Shown: positions 1-6,389 of the stretch, in pieces
Numbering within the stretch: position 1 is the stretch's first letter
Layout of the letters: each line of letters begins with the position of its first letter
Assembly: GCA_045863855.1 (NCBI GenBank)
Contig: BTVV01000130.1
Span: 1 to 17,213 of the forward strand
Length of the DNA: 17,213 nucleotides
Direction: 5' to 3'
Source of the DNA: Planctomycetota bacterium
GTDB taxonomy: Bacteria; Planctomycetota; SZUA-567; H5-PLA8
Notes under the pieces: generated by a model
Database searches by the model: none
Told to the model about the DNA's origin: nothing
What the model saw: only the letters and a program-made list of their open reading frames with translations
Translations under genes and position numbers: made by a program

Positions 1-55
1 CCGGACGATTCTTTCCGAGCAGGTCGGACAGCCAGCCGCGCATGGAATCCCACAT
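1..55 (-). CDS. N-terminal fragment of a hypothetical protein (MWDSMRGWLSDLLGKNRP...), continues off the left edge
   Basis: ATG at 55-53 preceded by a perfect Shine-Dalgarno AAGGAGG (63-69, 7 nt spacing). The frame is open to the window edge and starts 30 nt after the stop of the upstream gene. Not in the ORF track because it is truncated. Confidence 0.65.
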   Translation of the reverse strand, partial: MWDSMRGWLSDLLGKNRP

Positions 56-85
56 GGACAGCCCTCCTTCCGTACGCGTTCGGGA

Positions 86-367
86 CTACGCATAGCCTTC
101 GGCACTCAAGTCCACGCCGTACTTGGCTCGTCCCTGCGGCCGCTCGGTGGGTAAATCCAGCCCGGGATCGGCCGCTGGCGCTTCGCGCTTCAAGTCTCGT
201 GCGCGGCGCTCGGTACGCTGAAAGCGCCCGGCGCCGGTATCGAGATACACTTGCTCCGTCGCCGGATGCACGTACACATCCGCACCCAAGTCAGGCCTGA
301 ATTGCAGTTCGACCCCGTCTTCGGCCCTCGGAATGGTGCGCCCTTCTCCGTTCGTCTCGCGGTTCAT
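86..367 (-). CDS. hypothetical protein (93 aa)
   Basis: Perfect AAGGAGG at 376-382, 8 nt before the ATG. ATGA start/stop overlap with the upstream ORF (364-367). No recognisable family motif. Confidence 0.7.
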   Translation of the reverse strand: MNRETNGEGRTIPRAEDGVELQFRPDLGADVYVHPATEQVYLDTGAGRFQRTERRARDLKREAPAADPGLDLPTERPQGRAKYGVDLSAEGYA

Positions 368-804
368 GGTGCAGTCCTCCTTCTCCTGCGTGAGCGGCGG
401 GGCGTTGGCTCCGCCGCGGTTCGGGTTTCGGCCAGAGGCACACCCCCCGGTCCGAGTACCAACTGGTTGCGTCGCAGCATGGCATTGATCGCATCGATCC
501 CATCCAGCGGCGGTGCCTCTTCAGACTCCGGCGCGTCCGGCGCTACCGGGGATTCTGCGCCGCGCGGCGAAAAAACTTCCGCACACGCGGTGCATCCAAG
601 CGCTCCACTCGCCAGTCCGATCAAGGTCCCGCCCCTGCACGCCGGACAGACCAACCGCGGTTCCTCGCGTGGAACGACGATCGGTTGAGCAGCCGAAGTG
701 GCGGCTTGCGGCTCGGCTGGCACGAGCGCCTGGGCCGGAGCGGCGTTGGGCGCGGGTGCCGCGGGTGCGGCCTTGCCGCGCCAGGGGGCGAGGTCCCGGG
801 GCAT
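364..804 (-). CDS. hypothetical protein with CxxC-x14-CxxC zinc-ribbon motif and Ala/Pro-rich flanks
   Basis: CPAC...CTAC pair. Starts 5 nt after the upstream stop and is coupled to the downstream gene by ATGA. SD is weak, so the start is uncertain. Confidence 0.6.
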   Translation of the reverse strand: MPRDLAPWRGKAAPAAPAPNAAPAQALVPAEPQAATSAAQPIVVPREEPRLVCPACRGGTLIGLASGALGCTACAEVFSPRGAESPVAPDAPESEEAPPLDGIDAINAMLRRNQLVLGPGGVPLAETRTAAEPTPRRSRRRRRTAP

Positions 805-809
805 CGCGA

Positions 810-1520
810 TCAGCCTTGCAAACCGAGCCAGCGACCGAATGAAGCGACTTCGTACGGCGCGCGAGCCAGATCGCCGGTGTTAAAGATGGTGGCGCCGTAG
901 ACGGTGCCCATCTTGTCCAGAGACGCGTAATGCCGGTCGAGATAAGCGTCGCCGCAGAGATTGCCGCAGACGGCCACCTGTCCCGCCGGCACGTGGAGTT
1001 GCGTGCGCAACAGGATCACGTCCAGTTCCACCTTAATCGAGGTGTACACGCCGATGACGCCGAAGCGCCAACGGTCCACGTGTCCCCCGGTGATCTGATC
1101 GATCACCTGCACCAGATTGGTCTCCACGAAGTCGTTGATGTAGATGCTGTCGATGGGCTGGATGTCGCCCGTCGGCGCCAGTTCCTTCAATCCGTCGATG
1201 AATTCCGCGCCGCGCGTATCGGCCAGGCAGTGCGGACCGAAAAAGTTCAGTTCGTCCGCCTGCGCCGGATCGGCTTGGTCGTGCCAATCCCGGATATTCA
1301 CCACGGTGAGGTTGTCATGCCCGGGCGCGGTATACGCCTGGCGCAGAAACTCGCCCAACCGGTCCTGGCCGTTCTCCAGACCGCGCAACCGCTTCACCAT
1401 CCGCTGGCCGATGTGCAAGCGATTCGGATTGGGCGGCTCGAGATCCACGAAGTCGCGCTGCAAGCACTGGGTCAGCAGGATCGCGCCTTCGAAGTTTCGG
1501 TCGTTGTCTCGGTAAGCCAT
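810..1520 (-). CDS. isochorismatase/cysteine-hydrolase (nicotinamidase PncA-like) fold protein with non-canonical catalytic residues, 236 aa
   Basis: Motifs LLTQCLQRDF (cf. IIVDVQNDF), IRDWH and FGPHCLADTRGAEF (cf. DxH...WPxHCxxxTxGAEF), GVIGVYTSIKV (cf. VVGIATDxCV). Start moved to ATG 1520 because AAGGAGG lies at 1528-1534. Confidence 0.8.
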   Translation of the reverse strand: MAYRDNDRNFEGAILLTQCLQRDFVDLEPPNPNRLHIGQRMVKRLRGLENGQDRLGEFLRQAYTAPGHDNLTVVNIRDWHDQADPAQADELNFFGPHCLADTRGAEFIDGLKELAPTGDIQPIDSIYINDFVETNLVQVIDQITGGHVDRWRFGVIGVYTSIKVELDVILLRTQLHVPAGQVAVCGNLCGDAYLDRHYASLDKMGTVYGATIFNTGDLARAPYEVASFGRWLGLQG

Positions 1521-1575
1521 GGTCGTGCCTCCTTCGCTATGCGGGCCCAACGCGCTCCCGCGAATTCACTCTTTT

Positions 1576-3093
1576 CTAAGCCGGTCGCGTACGCTCGATC
1601 AGCACCTGCTGGCGCGAACGCGTGTCTCGGTCCACGGCCTCCACGTGCAGCACGCCGCTTTCGTCAATGCGGAACGTAACCTGGATCTCCGGCACCCCGC
1701 GCGGCGCGCGGCGGATGCCAGCAAGGGTGAAACAGCCCAAGAGCGCGTTGCGGCTGGCCTTGGGCAGTTCGCCTTCGCGAACCTCGAAGCGAATGTGGTC
1801 CTGAAAGTCTTCGACCGTGGAATAGTTCCCGGTCCGCAGGACCGGAAGCGCCTGGCCGGCCTCCAGCAACTTGCTAAAGCGGTCGTGGACCAGGGTGATC
1901 CCAAGACTCTGCGCCAGGATGTCTTGCAGCCGCAGTGCAACGCGTCCGTCGAGCGCCGCGGCCAGCAGCGCCGCGCCACGCGCGGGGCGCTCGTGCGGTT
2001 CGACTCCCGCAGGTGCCGGTGCGAGCGGATGCTTGAAGATTCGGGTAATGGCTTGCCGGATCGGCGGCAGGTAAGCGCCGCCGCCGGCGAGGATGACACG
2101 CTCGATGGCGCGCGGCTTGACCTCGGCTTGCTTGAGCGCGCTTCGCGCCAAGTCTTCCAGGCGCTCCAGCGCAGGGCGGCAGGCGGCCTCCAGGTCACAG
2201 GCCGTGAGTTGCTCGTCCAAGTCCACCATCGTGCCTGCTGCGTTCAAAGCCGCGTTGCGCAGATCCGCGCGATGCGCGGGACGCCAGGCCAGTTCATGCA
2301 GAAACTCTTCACCCAGCCAAAGCAGTTCTGCGCGCACTTCCGTACGGGTTCGATCGATGGGCACACGATGCCGCTCGCGAAAGCGCGCTTCCAGGCGCTC
2401 GATCAGACCCGCTCGAATCTCGCCCAGACCGAGCTGCGTATCTCCAGCTACACCGGCAACCGAAACGCCCCGGGCGCTCACGCGCACGATGGCTATGTCC
2501 GTCATGCCCGCACCGAACCCGATCACCGCCCACGGTTCTCCATCGGTCACGGGCGGCGAGGCATGAGCTTCGGCCAAGGCCAGCGCCGTCGGCTCGTTGA
2601 CAATGCGCCGCACCTGGAGTCCGGCTCTTTCGGCAGCGGCCTTCAGCGCCAGACGCTGCCGGTTGTGTGCTGCGGCGGGGACCGTGATCACCACGCCGCC
2701 AAGGGGCTCACCCAGTGCTCGTGCCGCGCGGCTCGCGAGAGTCTTAAACAGCTCCGCGGCAATCTCTTCGGGCGCAAACTGGCCGGTCCAGGCATCGACG
2801 AGGACTTCCTGCGCACGTTCCGGATGCTGCTGGACGTTCCAGGCCACCTGACTCGCCGCGCCTCGCGCCTCTTCGGGCGTGCGACCCAGGAAGCGCTTGA
2901 TCTGATCCACCGTGCTTAACGCATACGCCGATCGAGCTTCATGCGCAGCTTCGCCGCAGAGTGCCCCACCGCCGTGCAGCATGCGCGCCACTGCGGGCAT
3001 ACGCGCCAGGACCCGACCTTCTCCAGTTTGCTCGTCCCAGACGGCGGCCGTGAGGTAAGCCGTTCCGAAGTCGATCCCGATGCTCTGCGCCAC
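1576..3093 (-). CDS. Hsp70/DnaK-family protein, divergent, lacking the C-terminal helical lid (505 aa)
   Basis: IGIDFGT, IKRFLG, VVITVPA...AGLQVRRIVNEPTA, VILAGG, linker LQDILAQSLGI, and substrate-binding beta domain YSTVEDFQ...APRGVPEIQVTFRIDESGVLHVEAVD, then stop. Start GTG 3093 chosen from AAGGAGG at 3100-3106 (6 nt spacing). Confidence 0.9.
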   Translation of the reverse strand: MAQSIGIDFGTAYLTAAVWDEQTGEGRVLARMPAVARMLHGGGALCGEAAHEARSAYALSTVDQIKRFLGRTPEEARGAASQVAWNVQQHPERAQEVLVDAWTGQFAPEEIAAELFKTLASRAARALGEPLGGVVITVPAAAHNRQRLALKAAAERAGLQVRRIVNEPTALALAEAHASPPVTDGEPWAVIGFGAGMTDIAIVRVSARGVSVAGVAGDTQLGLGEIRAGLIERLEARFRERHRVPIDRTRTEVRAELLWLGEEFLHELAWRPAHRADLRNAALNAAGTMVDLDEQLTACDLEAACRPALERLEDLARSALKQAEVKPRAIERVILAGGGAYLPPIRQAITRIFKHPLAPAPAGVEPHERPARGAALLAAALDGRVALRLQDILAQSLGITLVHDRFSKLLEAGQALPVLRTGNYSTVEDFQDHIRFEVREGELPKASRNALLGCFTLAGIRRAPRGVPEIQVTFRIDESGVLHVEAVDRDTRSRQQVLIERTRPA

Positions 3094-3248
3094 GGTGGGC
3101 CTCCTTTCCATTCCTTGCGGGCCTTAGGCCCGTTCGTTGCCTTGAAGGGAGGGGGCTAACGGGAGATGTGGCGGTGATCTTGGTCTTTCCCGCCGGCCCG
3201 TTTGCTTGCTCCACTCCCCGCCGGTCGTCCGGCTCTATTCCTGCATTC

Positions 3249-3278
3249 ATATTAGTGTATGTTAGACACTTATTTCAA
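3249..3278 (-). promoter_or_regulatory. putative sigma70 promoter of the Hsp70-like operon: -35 TTGAAA (3278-3273), 18 nt, -10 TAATAT (3254-3249)
   Basis: Near-consensus hexamers in an AT-rich island, oriented toward the Hsp70-like gene. Confidence 0.55.
3253..3271. promoter_or_regulatory. putative NrtR operator 2: TAGTGT-atgttag-ACACTT
   Basis: GT-N7-AC palindrome with AT-rich flanks, the established NrtR box architecture. 17/19 identical to the reverse complement of the box upstream of nadE. Fills the -35/-10 spacer. Confidence 0.8.
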
Positions 3279-3404
3279 CCGTTCGGGCCCACTTTCTGGA
3301 ATTTTGTTTTGAGCCTCGCGCTAAAGGCTTGGTACACAGATGCTTGGGAATGCGGGGCAGATGCGCTAAACTTCGTTCAGCTCGGACTGGGGAGCGTTTC
3401 GGTC

Positions 3405-4196
3405 ATGCGCACGTTCGTAGGACTGCTTCTGATTGGCTGCCTGGCCTTGCTCGGTTGGATGGTCTGGGCGCACTACGCCTCGACCATGCACGGCCCTACG
3501 CCCACTCCAAAGCTCGAGCCGCCCCAGACACCCAGTGTGAGCGAAGAATCCCCTAATGAGACCGTGCCTCTGCCCGGGGCGCCTGTAGTACCGCCGCCAG
3601 AACCCGTGAAGACCGTGGAACCGCAGGCGCCTGCGGATCCTCCTCCGGCCGAGGCCCCCGCCCCGCTACCCGCGTCCCCTGAGTCCGCACCCGCGCCTCC
3701 ACCGGCTGCCAAGACCCCGCCCTTGATTCCGCCCGGCCGAGTCGCGTCGGCAGACCAGGCTCTAGGCGCCGCCTTAAAGCTTCACGCCGAGCTTTACCCC
3801 GATCTGCTTGCCGACCGATTTATGTCCGCGGTACCCAAAGGCAAACTGGAAGGCACCGTCAGCGTGTACCTCGATGCCGATCCCAAAAAGCGCAGCGAAA
3901 AGAAAGCCACCTACTGGGTAGCCCGAAAGGATGGAAGCTGGCACGCCTACTCCGAAGTGCCGTTACGCGAAGATTACGATTTTGTCTTCGAGGAAGTCGG
4001 GCGGTTGTACATCGAACAGCATTTCGGGAGCGCCACGTTCATTCGCAAGCCGGAACTGGTGCGCGAGCCCGCTCCGCCGCGCCTGAAAGCGAAAATCATG
4101 GACGGACCGCAGCCGCAAGAAATTGAACTGAGCTTCGAGAAGGACGAACGCGCCGGCTGGTTCGTCAAGCAGCACACCGGCGGCGGCGAGCCCTGA
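3405..4196 (+). CDS. hypothetical protein with N-terminal membrane anchor/signal, Pro-rich linker and C-terminal globular domain (263 aa)
   Basis: ATG 3405 preceded by GGGGAG (3389-3394). MRTFVGLLLIGCLALLGWMVWAHY is a hydrophobic helix, followed by a long Pro/Ala/Glu stretch. The ORF-track extension to 3168 crosses the promoter region and is unlikely to be coding. Confidence 0.75.
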   Translation: MRTFVGLLLIGCLALLGWMVWAHYASTMHGPTPTPKLEPPQTPSVSEESPNETVPLPGAPVVPPPEPVKTVEPQAPADPPPAEAPAPLPASPESAPAPPPAAKTPPLIPPGRVASADQALGAALKLHAELYPDLLADRFMSAVPKGKLEGTVSVYLDADPKKRSEKKATYWVARKDGSWHAYSEVPLREDYDFVFEEVGRLYIEQHFGSATFIRKPELVREPAPPRLKAKIMDGPQPQEIELSFEKDERAGWFVKQHTGGGEP

Positions 4197-4198
4197 CA

Positions 4199-5662
4199 TT
4201 ACGGTGCCAGCAGGGCTTCCAGGCGCTCCACCTCCGCGGCTTTACGACGAGCCAACTCTTCGCTCAATCCCACCCAATAGCGTTCAGGATTGCGCAAGCG
4301 CCGCAATTCGGCCGGTAGCGCGGCCACCTCTTCGCGAGCGAAGCTCCGGATCTGCGACAGCGGCCTTTCGGACAGCACGCGTCGGCCGTCCGCAAAAACG
4401 CGCTCCTGAAGCACCCGGCGCTTGGAATGCTGCGGAAGGGTCAGTCTCCGTCCGCTGAACTGGCGGTCGGGGCTGTGAACGCGCTGCGCCGGTTCGGGCA
4501 TTGCCTCGTCGGCTGCAAATAGCACATCGCCCGCCGGATGCCCGGCCGCATCGTAAAATCGCACCGGAAGCTTGACGCCCGGATCGGTCGTCTTCTCGGG
4601 ATTGCCGCTCACCTTCATGGTTGCGCGCCACGCGCCGCCGATATCTTCGACCCCCGCCAACTTGTACACACCGCCCAGCGCCGGATTCGCGCCACCGGTG
4701 ACCAGCTTGGTGCCGATTCCCCAGCAATTGACCTTGGCTCCTTGGCGCTTGAGGTCCGCGACCAGATCCTCATCGAGATCGTTGCTGGCGACGATCAACG
4801 GATCGTCGAAGCCCGCGGTCACGAGCATGCGGTGCGCTTCAATGGAGAGCTTGGCCAAGTCTCCGCTGTCCAGGCGGATCGCGGCCCGCACGTCGCGGCC
4901 TGCCGCACGCAACTCTTTGAAAACCGTGATCGCGTTCGGCACACCCGAGCGCAGGGTATCGTAGGTATCCACCAACAGGAGCGGCGCTTGCGGAAAAACC
5001 TTCGCGTAGCCGCGAAAGGCTTCCAATTCGGTGGGGAAGCTCATGACCCATGCGTGAGCGTGCGTCCCGCGCACCGGAATGCCCCAGCGCTGACCCGCGG
5101 CCACATTGCTCGTCGCGGCGCAGCCTCCCACGTACGCTGCACGCGAGCCGCTCAACGCGCCGTCGGGGCCCTGTGCGCGCCGGAGACCGAACTCGAGAAT
5201 CGGGTCCGTTCCCGCGGCTTCTGCGATTCGGGCCGCCTTGGTGGCCACAAGCGTCTGGTAATTAAGCACGTTCAAGAGCAGCGTCTCGATCAGTTGCGCT
5301 TCGGCCAGCGGAGCGGAGACCCGCACCAGCGGTTCGTACGGAAATACAACCGACCCTTCCGGCACGGCCCAAATCTCGCCGCTGAAGCGAAACCCGCGGA
5401 GATGCTCGATAAACGCCGGATCGAACGTGCCCAGACGGGCCAGGTAAGCCAAATCTTCATCGTGAAAACGCATGCATTCGAGCGCGCCAAGGAACTCGTC
5501 GAGGCCGGCGAAGATCGCATAGCCGGTGTGCGGAGGAAGCTGGCGAAAAAAGTACTCGAAGACCGCGCGGCGGTCCCGACCGCCCAATCCGAAATGCCCG
5601 CCCAGCATGGTGAGCTGGTAAAGGTCGGTCAACAGCGCGGGGCGTTCCAGCGTCGGCGTCAT
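4199..5662 (-). CDS. pncB: nicotinate phosphoribosyltransferase
   Basis: LLTDLYQLTM, EFGLRRAQG, ATSNV, GTHAHAWV (phospho-His region), LLVDTYDT, IRLDSGDL, ASNDLDE, GIGTKLVT, GGVYKL. SD GGGAGG at 5669-5674. Confidence 0.97.
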   Translation of the reverse strand: MTPTLERPALLTDLYQLTMLGGHFGLGGRDRRAVFEYFFRQLPPHTGYAIFAGLDEFLGALECMRFHDEDLAYLARLGTFDPAFIEHLRGFRFSGEIWAVPEGSVVFPYEPLVRVSAPLAEAQLIETLLLNVLNYQTLVATKAARIAEAAGTDPILEFGLRRAQGPDGALSGSRAAYVGGCAATSNVAAGQRWGIPVRGTHAHAWVMSFPTELEAFRGYAKVFPQAPLLLVDTYDTLRSGVPNAITVFKELRAAGRDVRAAIRLDSGDLAKLSIEAHRMLVTAGFDDPLIVASNDLDEDLVADLKRQGAKVNCWGIGTKLVTGGANPALGGVYKLAGVEDIGGAWRATMKVSGNPEKTTDPGVKLPVRFYDAAGHPAGDVLFAADEAMPEPAQRVHSPDRQFSGRRLTLPQHSKRRVLQERVFADGRRVLSERPLSQIRSFAREEVAALPAELRRLRNPERYWVGLSEELARRKAAEVERLEALLAP

Positions 5663-5677
5663 GGGGAGCCTCCCAGG

Positions 5678-6367
5678 TCAGAAGGGAAACAAAATTCCTT
5701 TATCTTTAAGCTTCTCGAACTTGCGCGCCTTGAAACGGTACAAGCGAGCCGGTCGGTGCACGCCTTCCATTTTCTTCTCGTCGGTTTCCTCGAGAATATC
5801 GAGCAGAGCAATCTTCCTTCGAAAATTGCGCTTATCCAGGCCGCGACCCAGGATCGCTTCGTAAATGCCTTGCAGTTCGCTGAGCGTAAATTTCTTGGGC
5901 AGCAGTTGGAATCCCACGGTGGTGTATTCAAGCTTGTTACGCAGCCGGTCCAGTGCGTACTCCAGAATCTTCTCGTGATCGAATGCCAGCGGCGGCAGTG
6001 CGTCCATGGCATGCCACTCCACACCCGCGGCGTCGGTTTGCGCGCTGAGTTCCTGGCGGTCGGAACTGATAAGCGCAAAGTAGGCGACAGTGATCACACG
6101 TCCGCGCGGGTCGCGCTGCGGCTCTCCAAACGTATAGAGCTGCTCCAGGTACAGATCGCGCACACCGGTTTCCTCCTGGAGTTCGCGCAAGGCGGCCGCT
6201 TCCAAATCTTCGCCTTCGAGCACGAAACCGCCCGGAAGCGCCCATTTACCCTTGAAGGGCTGCCCGCCGCGACGGATCAACAGCACATGCAGTTTGCCCT
6301 CGCGAATGGTGAAGATCGCCAAGTCGACGGTTACGGAAGGACGCGGGTATTCGTACGTGTATGCCAT
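5678..6367 (-). CDS. nrtR: Nudix-related transcriptional regulator NrtR (Nudix + C-terminal winged helix)
   Basis: YPRPSVTVD, WALPGGFV, Nudix box GFVLEGEDLEAAALRELQEETGV, LEQLYTFG..RDPRGRVITVAY, LAFDH, and wHTH FTLSELQGIYEAILG..LDKRNFRRK...RPARLY. Located between nadE and pncB. Confidence 0.93.
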   Translation of the reverse strand: MAYTYEYPRPSVTVDLAIFTIREGKLHVLLIRRGGQPFKGKWALPGGFVLEGEDLEAAALRELQEETGVRDLYLEQLYTFGEPQRDPRGRVITVAYFALISSDRQELSAQTDAAGVEWHAMDALPPLAFDHEKILEYALDRLRNKLEYTTVGFQLLPKKFTLSELQGIYEAILGRGLDKRNFRRKIALLDILEETDEKKMEGVHRPARLYRFKARKFEKLKDKGILFPF

Positions 6368-6389
6368 GCGAGCGTCAGCCCCCTCGGAC

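Noticed and set aside
368..400. Poly-Arg tail RRSRRRRRT of the Zn-ribbon protein as a nucleic-acid-binding or targeting signal
   Set aside because: Largely explained by the embedded AGGAGAAGGAGG ribosome-binding site of the next gene.
1519..2919. 466-aa plus-strand ORF antisense to the Hsp70-like gene. It resembles the 'NAD-specific glutamate dehydrogenase antisense to dnaK' annotations, tempting beside an NAD operon.
   Set aside because: Long antisense ORFs opposite hsp70/dnaK are a known artefact of codon bias and sense-strand conservation. It has no SD or dehydrogenase motif.
810..3093. Assigning gene symbols pncA and dnaK
   Set aside because: Both proteins deviate at key catalytic positions and the Hsp70 lacks the lid, so orthology and function are not established.
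3168..3404. N-terminal extension of the 342-aa ORF in the track
   Set aside because: It runs through the AT-rich promoter/operator region. ATG 3405 has an SD and begins a signal-like helix.
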